Shown here: positions 1 to 9,457 of the stretch, piece after piece
Layout of the letters: each line of letters opens with the position of its first letter
How positions within the stretch are numbered: position 1 is the first letter of the stretch
IMG/VR virus record: IMGVR_UViG_3300032287_003123
Coordinates: 1,147 to 65,146 of that record
DNA: 64,000 nucleotides
Strand: one strand, 5' to 3'
DNA from: a virus
Taxonomy: Duplodnaviria > Caudoviricetes
Position numbers and translations under genes: made by a program
The notes under the pieces: model-generated
The model's input: the letters and a program-made list of their open reading frames with translations, nothing else
Databases searched by the model: none
What the model was told of the DNA's origin: nothing

Positions 1-39
1 AAGTTAATATTATCTGAAATAAAAAATAATTTGATATAG

Positions 40-68
40 TTGAATTTGTCAGTTCAATGATGTATAAT
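40..68 (+). promoter_or_regulatory. Promoter TTGAAT-17-TATAAT containing TGTCAG-N10-TATAAT (PafBC/RecA-NDp-like)
   Basis: TGTCAG 47-52, TATAAT 63-68, upstream of ORF 90. Confidence 0.7.
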
Positions 69-89
69 TGATATAAGAGGGGTGGAGCA

Positions 90-620
90 ATGACTTGTAT
101 TGCAGTTGTTCGTGATGAAATAAATAATAAGGTTTACATGGCTGGTGATCGTGGTGCATCTGACGATGGAACAATTTTAGCATTGTCTAGTCCAAAAGTT
201 TGGAAACTAGGACCTTATTTAATTGGTTATGCAGGTGCTATGGATGGTGAGCGTATTCGTTATAATTTTAATCCTTATGTTCCAGACATTAAAGACACTG
301 ACAAATTTATGCAAACTAAATTTATCAAACAACTTAAAAATTTTTATAATGATTTTTGGGTAGATACATCTAAAGATGGAGACCTTGGTTTAATTATTGC
401 AGTTCGTGGAAATATATATGAGCATAGTTCTGCAGATATGTCTTTATCTAAATATACCTTGCCGTATTTGGCTATGGGTTCAGGTGCAGAATATGCCTAT
501 GGATATTTAAATGCTACAGAAAAAACAAAAGATGCAAGAAAACGAGTGGTGGGCGCTGTAAATTCAGCAATTAAATTTAGCCCATCATGCATGGGTCCAG
601 TTGACGTTGTGAGTGTTTAG
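90..620 (+). CDS. HslV/proteasome beta-like Ntn-hydrolase peptidase
   Basis: N-terminal M-T-C-I (Thr nucleophile after Met removal), AGDR, SPKV and AMGSGAEYAYG motifs. Confidence 0.75.
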   Translation: MTCIAVVRDEINNKVYMAGDRGASDDGTILALSSPKVWKLGPYLIGYAGAMDGERIRYNFNPYVPDIKDTDKFMQTKFIKQLKNFYNDFWVDTSKDGDLGLIIAVRGNIYEHSSADMSLSKYTLPYLAMGSGAEYAYGYLNATEKTKDARKRVVGAVNSAIKFSPSCMGPVDVVSV

Positions 621-635
621 GGGTATACTTATAAT

Positions 636-842
636 ATGAATCATTCACACGAAGAAGATTTATCTCCAGAAGAACAAGAGTTTGGTATCTGGCTTGAAAA
701 CGGTATTGAAAGAGGTTGGGTAACACCGCCATACTGCAATACTCATGATGGTGGATACGAATACATGGGGGAAGAAGAGCAAGAGGAATGGGAAGCAGGT
801 GGCGACCCATGCCAACATGTCGTCAGATTGATGATATCGTAA
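636..842 (+). CDS. hypothetical acidic protein
   Basis: ORF with CNTHDG and DPCQHV motifs; TATACT just upstream. Confidence 0.6.
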   Translation: MNHSHEEDLSPEEQEFGIWLENGIERGWVTPPYCNTHDGGYEYMGEEEQEEWEAGGDPCQHVVRLMIS

Positions 843-860
843 AAATAGAAAAGGAATAAA

Positions 861-1730
861 ATGAAAAAAGTAGTGGGACTATTAGCAGTAATGCTTGGCT
901 TTGTTGTAATTCAACCAGTTCAGGCAGCACCAACAGATACAATTGCAATTATTGATACAGCGATTGATTCTTCAAAAAATGCAAATGTGGTTTATGAAGT
1001 TTGCTTTACACTAAAGACATGCCCAAATGGAACTTCTTTTCAAGAAGGAAAAGGTTCTGCTATGGTTAATGATTGGAATGTAAAGGGTATTGATCACGGC
1101 TTCAATGTTTCACAGGCAGCAGTATTGGCAAATCCTTCTGTAAAGATTGTATTTATCCGTATCTCTGACATTAACGTTTATCCTACATTTAGTGCTATGC
1201 ACAATGATGGAAGGTCTTTGTCACGTGCAATTGAGTGGGTATCAAATAATGCTGCAAAGTTTAACATTAAGGCAGTTTCAATTAGCCAATCAAGAGTTAA
1301 CTTCACTGCTGGAACTTGTCCAAAAGATTTAGTTTTTGAGTCAGCAGTAAAGAATCTTAATGCTCAAAACGTTGCAACATTTGTTGCTACAGGAAATGAT
1401 TCAAGAAAGAATCAAGTAGGTTTTCCTGCATGTGTTGATGGAGTTGTAGGTGTTGGAGCACTTCGTCCAACTGTATCAACTAAGCCTTACCCTGAGTCAT
1501 CCTATACAGCATTGGCAAACTATACAAATGTTGGTCCTGGACTAGACTTGGTTGCTAGAGGAGATGCAGATGTAAAGGCATATGGTGGATGGGATATTAC
1601 AGTCACAGGAACATCAATTGCTACTCCAATTGCAGCATCCCTTGCTGTTGCAAAAAATGATTCAACAAATTGGAATGTGTTTATTTCTAGTTTGCCAAAG
1701 TCAGCGAATTACCAGTACATTTCAAAGTAG
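861..1730 (+). CDS. secreted subtilisin-like S8 serine peptidase
   Basis: signal peptide; catalytic D (IIDTAID), H (DHG), oxyanion N (ATGND), S (GTSIATP). Confidence 0.85.
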   Translation: MKKVVGLLAVMLGFVVIQPVQAAPTDTIAIIDTAIDSSKNANVVYEVCFTLKTCPNGTSFQEGKGSAMVNDWNVKGIDHGFNVSQAAVLANPSVKIVFIRISDINVYPTFSAMHNDGRSLSRAIEWVSNNAAKFNIKAVSISQSRVNFTAGTCPKDLVFESAVKNLNAQNVATFVATGNDSRKNQVGFPACVDGVVGVGALRPTVSTKPYPESSYTALANYTNVGPGLDLVARGDADVKAYGGWDITVTGTSIATPIAASLAVAKNDSTNWNVFISSLPKSANYQYISK

Positions 1731-1797
1731 TGTATAATAGGTAGTGCACCTGCCAAATGGGGGTGCACTAACTTATTCGCTTGAAAGGGGAATAAAA

Positions 1798-2226
1798 ATG
1801 GTAACACAATTCGCAATGGATCTATTTAATGATCCTTTTTTTATTGGCTTTAACAGAGAGTTAGGCCGTCTTAACAATGCACACAAGATCAATTCACAGT
1901 CATACCCTCCATATGATCTTCTAAAACTAGATGAAGATACATACAGGCTATCTATTGCGGTAGCAGGGTTTGGCAAAGATAATATTGATGTGTCAGTGGA
2001 CAATGGAACACTTATTATTAAGGGTGAAATTGTTGAAGTAACAGATGCTGAGATTGTTCACAAGGGAATTGCTGGTCGTAAGTTCACACGATCTTTTGCT
2101 CTTGGTGAATACATGGAAGTAACTGGAGCAGAAATGAAGGATGGTATGCTGCATATTAATGTAGATCGTATTGTTCCTGAAGAAAAGAAGCCAAAAACTA
2201 TTGACATCAAGGTTGCCAAAAAGTAA
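1798..2226 (+). CDS. small heat-shock protein Hsp20/IbpA family
   Basis: YPPYDL...AVAGF...HKGIAGRKFTRSF...DGMLHI; RBS AAGGGG before ATG 1798. Confidence 0.92.
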   Translation: MVTQFAMDLFNDPFFIGFNRELGRLNNAHKINSQSYPPYDLLKLDEDTYRLSIAVAGFGKDNIDVSVDNGTLIIKGEIVEVTDAEIVHKGIAGRKFTRSFALGEYMEVTGAEMKDGMLHINVDRIVPEEKKPKTIDIKVAKK

Positions 2227-2272
2227 TCTTTAGGATATAATAGTAATACAGAATCAATAAATTTTATTGATA

Positions 2273-2300
2273 CAGCCTGGGTACGCTGATAAACTGCCCA
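2273..2300 (+). ncRNA. small H-type pseudoknot element upstream of endolysin
   Basis: CAGC-CTGGGTAC-GCTG-ATAAAC-TGCCCA; compensatory variant of the CTGAGCA/TGCTCA family. Confidence 0.6.
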
Positions 2301-2319
2301 TTTACTTGATGGAGGAATA

Positions 2320-3102
2320 ATGGCAGTAAAAGGTTCGGTAGAGGCAATCATTGAGGTTGCAAAGAAAGAAATTGGAACTATTGAAGGTCCAAAAGATAAC
2401 GAAACAAAGTATGGCGCATGGATGAAAGTAAACTTCCAACCTTGGTGTCAGTCATTTGTTTCTTGGTGTGCAATGACAGCAGGGGTTGCAAAGTTCCCTA
2501 AGTCAGCATCAACAGTTGCAGCATCAGATCAGTTTAAGAAAGAAGGTCGTTGGGCAGATGCTCGTAATGACGATCCAACTCCAGGAGACTGGATTTATTT
2601 TGATTTCCCAGAAGATGGCGTAAATCGTATTTCACACGTAGGTCTTTGCATTAAGAACAATGGCGATGGAACTATCCAAGTTATTGAGGGAAACACTTCA
2701 GGAACTGCTAAGGGGGACCAACGCAATGGCGGAATGTGTGTTGAAAAGACTCGTGGTTATGTAAAAGATAACAAGAAGAAGTTGATGAATGCAGTTGTTG
2801 GTTGGGGTCGTCCAGTTTATGCTGGTGAAGAAAATGCACCATTGCTTTCAAAGCGTGATGCAGCACCTGCAGCAGCAACAACTTCTCCCGCAAAAAAGGC
2901 AGCACCTGCAGCATTTAAAACATTAAAGGTGGGATCAAAGGGGCAAGCAGTTAAGAATGTTCAAACACTTCTTGATCTTAAGGCAGATGGTGATTTTGGT
3001 CCAGGTACCGAAAAGGCTGTAAAAGCATTTCAAGCATCTAATAAGTTAAAGGTTGATGGCATTGTAGATGTTATTACTTTTAAGGCATTAAAGGCTAATT
3101 AA
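2320..3102 (+). CDS. endolysin: CHAP amidase plus C-terminal peptidoglycan-binding domain
   Basis: PWCQSFVSW, SHVG, IEGNT; C-terminal LKVGSKG..V..VQ..L...ADGDFGPGTEKAVKAFQ. Confidence 0.88.
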   Translation: MAVKGSVEAIIEVAKKEIGTIEGPKDNETKYGAWMKVNFQPWCQSFVSWCAMTAGVAKFPKSASTVAASDQFKKEGRWADARNDDPTPGDWIYFDFPEDGVNRISHVGLCIKNNGDGTIQVIEGNTSGTAKGDQRNGGMCVEKTRGYVKDNKKKLMNAVVGWGRPVYAGEENAPLLSKRDAAPAAATTSPAKKAAPAAFKTLKVGSKGQAVKNVQTLLDLKADGDFGPGTEKAVKAFQASNKLKVDGIVDVITFKALKAN

Positions 3103-3104
3103 GT

Positions 3105-3680
3105 ATGGTTAACTCAAAAAATGAATTTTTATTGCCAAAAGATTTAGAAGGACCTGGCATATCTTCTTATCAAGGAATTTGGGCTGATTCAGAAGAAACT
3201 ATTTTTGAATTAGAAAATTATTACAATCTAGATTCTTTTGCGTCTTTAAATGAAATGTCTAAAGACAGTGATTCAATAAACCAAATACTAAAAAGGTATA
3301 CAAAAATACTTCAAATAATTGTTTTTGGATATAATTTTCATTTTGGAGTTAATGAAGGATTTTACATAAACGAAGATTCTTTTGTTTTAAAGTTTGAAGA
3401 TGGTGAAGAACGTCAACTTAGTTATGGTGGAGGCACACAAACTGGTAGATCAATGTGTGCAATTCTTTATTTAAATGATGATTATGATGGTGGAGAGATT
3501 GAATTTGTTAACTTTAATTTAAAAATTAAGCCTAAAAAGGGAACACTTTTACTATTTCCATCTAACTTCTTATATTCATATAAAGAAAATAAAGTAACAA
3601 ATGGAACTAAATATTCAATTGTTAACTTCATTCACGATAGACCAATTGACGAAATATCTAAGCAAATTTTGGAACAATAA
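3105..3680 (+). CDS. 2OG-Fe(II) oxygenase (prolyl-4-hydroxylase-like) fold, metal ligands apparently lost
   Basis: LYLNDDYDGGEIEF...LLLFPSN...GTKY; no HxD or distal His at the expected positions. Confidence 0.7.
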   Translation: MVNSKNEFLLPKDLEGPGISSYQGIWADSEETIFELENYYNLDSFASLNEMSKDSDSINQILKRYTKILQIIVFGYNFHFGVNEGFYINEDSFVLKFEDGEERQLSYGGGTQTGRSMCAILYLNDDYDGGEIEFVNFNLKIKPKKGTLLLFPSNFLYSYKENKVTNGTKYSIVNFIHDRPIDEISKQILEQ

Positions 3681-3856
3681 TGCCTATATATGATTACAAA
3701 TGCACACAGTGCTCTAGTACTGTTGAATACAAAAGAGATTTTGGCGACAGCACTGAGCCTGTGTGTTGTAATCAAACAATGCAACGCCAATGGCAATCGC
3801 CAGGGGTACTTTTTAATGGTTCTGGATTTTATTCCACAGACAACAGAAAGAAGTAG
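3680..3856 (+). CDS. FmdB-family zinc-ribbon protein (not in ORF track)
   Basis: MPIYDYKCTQC...PVCC...GVLFNGSGFYSTD. Confidence 0.85.
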   Translation: MPIYDYKCTQCSSTVEYKRDFGDSTEPVCCNQTMQRQWQSPGVLFNGSGFYSTDNRKK

Positions 3857-3862
3857 TACAAT

Positions 3863-4093
3863 ATGAATACAATGATTGAACAAGAAGAGCAAGTATGGCT
3901 TTTAGACGCAACAGATCGTTGTGATAGATGTTCTGCTCAAGCATACGTAAAGGTAATTGGAAACTCTGGCGAACTGCTATTTTGTAGTCATCATTACAAT
4001 AAGGTAGTAGATAATGCTGTGGGATATGACAAAATCATGAAGTTTATGGTTGAAATAATTGATGAAAGAAAGAGACTAGAAAATGGGCAATAA
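3863..4093 (+). CDS. actinobacterial/actinophage small Zn-binding protein
   Basis: LDATDRCDRCSAQAYV...LLFCSHH. Confidence 0.7.
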   Translation: MNTMIEQEEQVWLLDATDRCDRCSAQAYVKVIGNSGELLFCSHHYNKVVDNAVGYDKIMKFMVEIIDERKRLENGQ

Positions 4094-4226
4094 TAAGCAT
4101 CCATTTAATGCTACGCAAATTAAAGATGGCAGAATTGTTAAGTTAAGAAAAGATGGTCGCATTAAGGCTGACCTAGGTCCATATTATGCTAATCATAATA
4201 AAGTAAAACCAAAGAGAGTTGGCTAA
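4083..4226 (+). CDS. small basic hypothetical protein (47 aa, not in track)
   Basis: MGNNKHPFNATQIKDGRIVKLRKDG...; fills the gap between flanking genes. Confidence 0.55.
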   Translation: MGNNKHPFNATQIKDGRIVKLRKDGRIKADLGPYYANHNKVKPKRVG

Positions 4227-4230
4227 TCGT

Positions 4231-4638
4231 ATGTATGAATATTATGTTCGTAAAGTAGAGAATGTCGTAGATGGGGATACCATTGACGTTCTTATTGATC
4301 TGGGTTTTGATATCCTATTTGCATCTCGTGTAAGACTGGCTGGTATTGATACCCCTGAGTCTCGCACAAAGGATATTGCCGAGAAAGCACTTGGTCTTGA
4401 ATCAAAAGAATATCTTAAGAAGCATTTAAAGGATGCAAAGTCTGTTATTATTAAAACTGAGAAGATGGACTCATCAGAAAAATATGGGCGTATTCTTGGT
4501 TGGCTTTATGTTAATGGAGACACAGAGTCTGTTAATGATAAGATGATTAATGATGGATATGCTTGGGGATATATGGGTGACACAAAAGTTAAAGACTTTG
4601 ATGCACTTGCTAAAGCCAGAAAGAAGTCTGGAAAATAA
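4231..4638 (+). CDS. thermonuclease (SNase-like)
   Basis: VVDGDTID, RVRLAGIDTPE, KYGRILG. Confidence 0.92.
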   Translation: MYEYYVRKVENVVDGDTIDVLIDLGFDILFASRVRLAGIDTPESRTKDIAEKALGLESKEYLKKHLKDAKSVIIKTEKMDSSEKYGRILGWLYVNGDTESVNDKMINDGYAWGYMGDTKVKDFDALAKARKKSGK

Positions 4639-4907
4639 TGAAACATGTAATGTATTTTACTGCCGAATGGTGTAATCCATGCAAAAGAATTAAGCCAATA
4701 GCAGAAGAACTAGAAAGAGAAGGTTTTGTTAATTTTCAAATAATTGATGCTGATGATAATCCAGAACTTTGTAAGAGTTTTGAAGTTCGTGGAGTGCCAA
4801 CCTTTATCGTTATTGAAGATGGAAAAGAAGTAAGAAGAGTTACTGGCGCACCTCCAACAAGAGAAGATTTCATTAACTTTATAGAAGGCAAAAATGGATC
4901 CAATTGA
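4638..4907 (+). CDS. thioredoxin
   Basis: FTAEWCNPCK, VRGVPTF. Confidence 0.9.
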   Translation: MKHVMYFTAEWCNPCKRIKPIAEELEREGFVNFQIIDADDNPELCKSFEVRGVPTFIVIEDGKEVRRVTGAPPTREDFINFIEGKNGSN

Positions 4908-5220
4908 TCAAACTATTGATGAATTAATCTTAAGTGGTGCAGTAGAGATTGCTGCAATTGACTCTATAACTGGAGAGCCTTTATACTCTTTTAGTCCTAA
5001 AATTAAAGAGGTAATGCCAAAACTATATGAGCAACACATGACAGAGGTAAACAGAGATATTATGGCTTTATGGGAAAAGGGTTTTTTAAACATAGAAATG
5101 CTTACTGATAACCCATTGGTTACCCTTACAGATAAGGCTTTTATTGATGATGAGATTGTAAAAATACCAAAAGAACTTCAATTAAGCCTGTCTGAAATTA
5201 AAAGACTTTTGGTTAAGTAA
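4894..5220 (+). CDS. hypothetical protein
   Basis: ORF overlapping thioredoxin end. Confidence 0.6.
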   Translation: MDPIDQTIDELILSGAVEIAAIDSITGEPLYSFSPKIKEVMPKLYEQHMTEVNRDIMALWEKGFLNIEMLTDNPLVTLTDKAFIDDEIVKIPKELQLSLSEIKRLLVK

Positions 5221-5254
5221 TCTGCTATAATCATGTTAGACAATAGGAGGCATC

Positions 5255-5815
5255 ATGCCATATAAAGTAGGAGCAAAGGGCTCATACGGCTGTTCTGGCT
5301 ACCCTGCAGTTAAAGAGGGTGGAGAAGTAATGGGATGCCACGACACAAGAGCAGAAGCAGCAGCACAAATTTATGCAATAAACCGTAGTGAGGGTAATAT
5401 TGGCAAGGCAATGCCTAATCTTAAAGAAGGCGATTTTGCCATGACTGCACATGGTGGAGATGAAGAGTTTCATGTTGGACAAGTAGTTCATGTTATGCGT
5501 GAAGGAATGCTTGGAGTTCCTGGTGGAGAATATACTCTTGAAGCGACACCAGAAAATCCTGCTGTAATGATTCAATTATTTGAGCAAGAAGAAGAAGGAT
5601 TTTGGGAAGCAACAAGACTATATACAGCATGCATGATGAGTTTGTATATTCCAATTGATCCACTCCCAACGGAGCCAGAGATGTCAATTGAAGATATGCC
5701 TAACATGAATGCACAACCAGACTTAATGGATGCATATGATGCGTCAATTGGAAAAAATGTTTACAAAACCGTATGGGGCGGAACAATTTTTGATTTGAGT
5801 CAGTTTACAAAATAA
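5255..5815 (+). CDS. hypothetical phage protein
   Basis: TGCTATAAT promoter and AGGAGG RBS; N-terminal MPY...GCH.T..EA..Q module. Confidence 0.65.
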   Translation: MPYKVGAKGSYGCSGYPAVKEGGEVMGCHDTRAEAAAQIYAINRSEGNIGKAMPNLKEGDFAMTAHGGDEEFHVGQVVHVMREGMLGVPGGEYTLEATPENPAVMIQLFEQEEEGFWEATRLYTACMMSLYIPIDPLPTEPEMSIEDMPNMNAQPDLMDAYDASIGKNVYKTVWGGTIFDLSQFTK

Positions 5816-5829
5816 AAAAGGGGTAGAGC

Positions 5830-5988
5830 ATGAATGATTTAACAATTGAAGAACTTAAGCAACTAATTGTTTTTTATAAGCAAAAAAGTTCGGATCTTGA
5901 GTTTGAACTTTTGAAAACACAACTAATGATTAATAGGGCAGTTACAACTAAAGTTCAACCAGAACCAAAAAACAAAAAGTCTGAATAA
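5830..5988 (+). CDS. small coiled-coil hypothetical protein (not in track)
   Basis: MNDLTIEELKQLIVFYKQK..., RBS upstream. Confidence 0.55.
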   Translation: MNDLTIEELKQLIVFYKQKSSDLEFELLKTQLMINRAVTTKVQPEPKNKKSE

Positions 5989-5999
5989 AAGGTCATGAT

Positions 6000-6419
6000 G
6001 TGCAATATTTTTTGCTTGTACTATTGACATTGTGCCTTAGTTCCTATATAATTTATAGAGGAAGAAAAGTAAAAATTTTTCCAGGTATGGTATATAGCCA
6101 AAGCAGTATACATATCATGATAAAAAACTTTCTTCCAAAAAATTTATACGAAAGGCCTATGCAAAAGTCTCAAGCATTAAAACATGCAGAGAAAAACAGT
6201 GTAAAGGTAATTTTCATAGAGGGGAAAGCATATTGGGTAAGCAATAATATATTTTATTGTGCAGAAGCAATTGGTGGAAATGTAAATATAGATACAACAG
6301 AACCAGTTGATACAAACAATATGTCAAAAAGAGATATTGATAAGATGTTGTTTATATTGGACAACTTAAAGAATGGAAATGATGATGATAGTAGTAGTGC
6401 AGGGAACAAAAGAATTTAA
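6000..6419 (+). CDS. hypothetical protein (start uncertain)
   Basis: ORF track. Confidence 0.5.
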   Translation: MQYFLLVLLTLCLSSYIIYRGRKVKIFPGMVYSQSSIHIMIKNFLPKNLYERPMQKSQALKHAEKNSVKVIFIEGKAYWVSNNIFYCAEAIGGNVNIDTTEPVDTNNMSKRDIDKMLFILDNLKNGNDDDSSSAGNKRI

Positions 6420-6735
6420 CGATTACCAGGTTTTTCTTCGTGCAATGGGAGTCGCTATGTCTGCTATGCAAGAAGAAGATAAAGAATTTTTAATATATTC
6501 TGTTGGTCCTGCAAAAATTAACTCAATGGTTTCAGAATTTTCTAATCTTTCTGAAAGAGGCATGAAGTCAAGAGGAAAAAAGATTAAATTTTTTAAGGTT
6601 CCGCCTTCTTATGTTGAAGAAAACATTGATTATGTAAATCATTTAGCATTTTTAAGCAAGCCAAAAGAACCACTTTCAAAGTTAGTCGCATTAGCCGAAC
6701 TCAAAAATATTGAAGTCGGAATTTACAGATACTAA
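6373..6735 (+). CDS. hypothetical protein, possible SLOG/YspA-like fold
   Basis: IVVVQGTKEFNDY resembles the SLOG N-terminal motif. Confidence 0.45.
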   Translation: MEMMMIVVVQGTKEFNDYQVFLRAMGVAMSAMQEEDKEFLIYSVGPAKINSMVSEFSNLSERGMKSRGKKIKFFKVPPSYVEENIDYVNHLAFLSKPKEPLSKLVALAELKNIEVGIYRY

Positions 6736-6744
6736 GGATATAAA

Positions 6745-6954
6745 ATGATTATAAATAAATTAGAAACAATGGAAGCAATTGTCAAGAAGAATCGTAATCT
6801 TCGCTGGGATGGATGGAACGTAATGGATCTTAAGAAAACAGACATTGCCAGAACATCCCCTCAAGGAATTAGAATTAATGGTGAATGGTACCTAAACAAA
6901 GTTTATGTATTAAATAGTAATGGCTGGGATATTCCGAATAAATACAAGGAGTAA
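6745..6954 (+). CDS. hypothetical protein
   Basis: ORF with RBS AAGGA. Confidence 0.6.
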   Translation: MIINKLETMEAIVKKNRNLRWDGWNVMDLKKTDIARTSPQGIRINGEWYLNKVYVLNSNGWDIPNKYKE

Positions 6955-6957
6955 CTA

Positions 6958-7245
6958 GTGAAGCAGCATTTATGGAAAGATGAAGCCAAGTGTCTTGGTT
7001 TAGAAACTGATTTATATTTTGATAAATATGAAGATGATATTGATTTAAGATTCAACATAGATAATTTTTGCGAATCCTGTCCAGTTGCAAAAATATGTTT
7101 TGCTAATGGTGTATCTGGCAAAGAGTGGGGTGTTTGGGGTGGTGTATACTTAGAAGGTGGAGAAATCTCTAGGGAGTTCAACAAACACAAGACAAAAGAA
7201 AAATGGGGTGAGGTGTGGAAATCTCTGACAACGGAAATGAATTAA
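6958..7245 (+). CDS. whiB: WhiB-family Fe-S transcription factor
   Basis: W...AKC...C-ES-C-PV...C...GVWGG (four Cys plus GVWGG turn). Confidence 0.9.
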   Translation: MKQHLWKDEAKCLGLETDLYFDKYEDDIDLRFNIDNFCESCPVAKICFANGVSGKEWGVWGGVYLEGGEISREFNKHKTKEKWGEVWKSLTTEMN

Positions 7246-7514
7246 CACCGTTTGAAAGTATTTGTGAAATACTTGCCGATTTATGGATTAATCATAAGCA
7301 TGAAAAAACATTTCAAGATTTTATATCTTATAATGATTTAGGGTTGCCCCTTGCTTTTTTAATTGATTCAGAATTAGTCATACCAACCGAACTAGCAAAA
7401 AGATATATTGAAGAAACTTGGAACATTCTTCTTAACTCTCTTGAAATTGAAAATGATACTGGTTTTGAATCTTTAGAAGATTTGTTTAATTATTCTAAAA
7501 TGGAAGAACAATAA
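7215..7514 (+). CDS. hypothetical protein
   Basis: ORF track. Confidence 0.55.
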   Translation: MEISDNGNELTPFESICEILADLWINHKHEKTFQDFISYNDLGLPLAFLIDSELVIPTELAKRYIEETWNILLNSLEIENDTGFESLEDLFNYSKMEEQ

Positions 7515-7744
7515 TGTATACATATGATATGCGTAAGGCTGTACACTCAATCATTCCTCCAAAAAATTTTGGTGTTCAAATTATTGACAATGATAGTTTT
7601 TTAACTATTAAACTTAATGAAATGGATTTTTTACCTATGGCTCATGATGAAAAAATAGAGGCTGTTGAGTATGTTGCAAGAGTAAAAAAAGCATTAGAGC
7701 AAAATGGTGCAATTGTTTTGGTTACAAGAGAGGCAGTTAAATGA
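7514..7744 (+). CDS. hypothetical protein
   Basis: translationally coupled ORF. Confidence 0.6.
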   Translation: MYTYDMRKAVHSIIPPKNFGVQIIDNDSFLTIKLNEMDFLPMAHDEKIEAVEYVARVKKALEQNGAIVLVTREAVK

Positions 7745-9309
7745 AAGATATTGTTGTAGTTGGTGGTGGTTCTGCAGGATGGATGACAGCAGCAATACTA
7801 ATAAAATCTTTTCCTGAAAAAAATATTTATGTACTTGAAAGCAATGATATTCCACGAGTTGGGGTTGGAGAAAGTACATACGAAGGCATAAACCATTATC
7901 TTGAGTATTTAGGAATTGACAGAGAATCATTTTTTGAATATACAAATGCTACAGTAAAACTTGCAATTCAATTTAGAAATTTTTATAAAGAATCTGGTGA
8001 GCCAGATTTCATTTATCCTTTTGGAGCGCCTACCTTTACTAAAGAAGGATCATCTTTAGATGATTGGATGGCAAGAAAAAATTTAGATAAAACTATACCA
8101 GTTACAGATTTTGCAGAGTCATATTTTCCAGCAGCACACCTAGTTAAACATAATAGGCTAACTGATAAAAACCATTATGGTAATTTTACACAAACTCTTA
8201 ATACTGCATTACATTTTGACGCAATAAAGTTTGCAGATTGGCTAAAGAATAATTATTGTTTGCCACAAAATGTTAAGCAAATTGTAGGAACTATAGAAAA
8301 AATTACCACAAACGACAATGGTGTAGATAAGTTATTCTTGTCGGATGGAACAACTGTTTCTGCAGATCTATTTGTTGATTGCACTGGGTTTAAAAGTTTA
8401 TTATTAGACAAAACTCTTAATGAAGAATTTATTTCTTATACTGATCTACTTCCTAATACAAACGCATGGGCAACACAAATACAGTATAAGGAACCAGAAA
8501 TTGAAATTGAAAATGTTACAAGATGCACAGCCCTAAAAAATGGCTGGTGTTGGAATATACCTCTTTTTTCTAGATTAGGTTCTGGCTATGTATATTCTGA
8601 TAAGTATACAACACATGAAGATGCACTTGAAGAATTTAAGAAATACTTAATGACAGAGTTAAAAATACCAAGAACAAAAGAAGAAGTTGAAAGCCTAGAG
8701 TTTAGGAATATACAGATGAGAGTTGGTATTCATAAACGTACTTGGGTCAAAAATGTAGTTGCAATTGGTCTTGCTGCAGGTTTTATTGAGCCACTAGAAA
8801 GTAATGGGCTTTTTACTGTTCATGAATTTTTGTTCTGTTTAATCAAAACATTACAGCATGATAAAATTTCTCAATGGGATAGAGACGTATACAACAAGGC
8901 TACAAAAAAGATATATGACAACTTTGTAGAGTTTATTAGACTACACTATGCTCTTAGTTTAAGAGATGATTCTGAATATTGGAAAAATAATTTCAATAGA
9001 ACATTTTTTAATGATGAAAACAGTTCAAGTGTTTTTAGTCACTTAAATGACATGGCAACAATTAAAATGAACTCAATAAGTTCAATGCCATTAAGAGGTG
9101 GAAATAGTTGGATTGCAACTGGGATGAACTATTTTATTCTTGATAGCGTTGCTTTGGCTTTTTCTGATATACTGTATGGTAATCTGGATAAGGAAAAAAC
9201 AAAAATAGTGTTTGAAAATTTAGATAATAACAAAAAAATATGGAAAAATTTAGCACTTGAATCAGAAACTTCGTATCAATACATAAAAAGGAAATATCAT
9301 AGTGAATAA
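7741..9309 (+). CDS. flavin-dependent tryptophan-halogenase family protein (PrnA-like)
   Basis: GGGSAG FAD motif, VGEST, ATVK catalytic Lys, WCWNIP, FIEPLES. Confidence 0.88.
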   Translation: MKDIVVVGGGSAGWMTAAILIKSFPEKNIYVLESNDIPRVGVGESTYEGINHYLEYLGIDRESFFEYTNATVKLAIQFRNFYKESGEPDFIYPFGAPTFTKEGSSLDDWMARKNLDKTIPVTDFAESYFPAAHLVKHNRLTDKNHYGNFTQTLNTALHFDAIKFADWLKNNYCLPQNVKQIVGTIEKITTNDNGVDKLFLSDGTTVSADLFVDCTGFKSLLLDKTLNEEFISYTDLLPNTNAWATQIQYKEPEIEIENVTRCTALKNGWCWNIPLFSRLGSGYVYSDKYTTHEDALEEFKKYLMTELKIPRTKEEVESLEFRNIQMRVGIHKRTWVKNVVAIGLAAGFIEPLESNGLFTVHEFLFCLIKTLQHDKISQWDRDVYNKATKKIYDNFVEFIRLHYALSLRDDSEYWKNNFNRTFFNDENSSSVFSHLNDMATIKMNSISSMPLRGGNSWIATGMNYFILDSVALAFSDILYGNLDKEKTKIVFENLDNNKKIWKNLALESETSYQYIKRKYHSE

Positions 9310-9319
9310 TGTAAATGCA

Positions 9320-9457
9320 ATGTCAATGATAAAAATGGCTATTGGATCAATAAGGTGTAAAAAAAATGGTCACAATCTTGATGAAAAAGTTTCATGCCCA
9401 TTTACAGGAAAATCATATCGTGGATGCATGGTGTGTGGAAAGGTAATAACTATATGA
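9320..9457 (+). CDS. small Cys/His Zn-finger-like protein (not in track)
   Basis: RCKKNGH...SCPFTGKSYRGCMVCG. Confidence 0.55.
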   Translation: MSMIKMAIGSIRCKKNGHNLDEKVSCPFTGKSYRGCMVCGKVITI

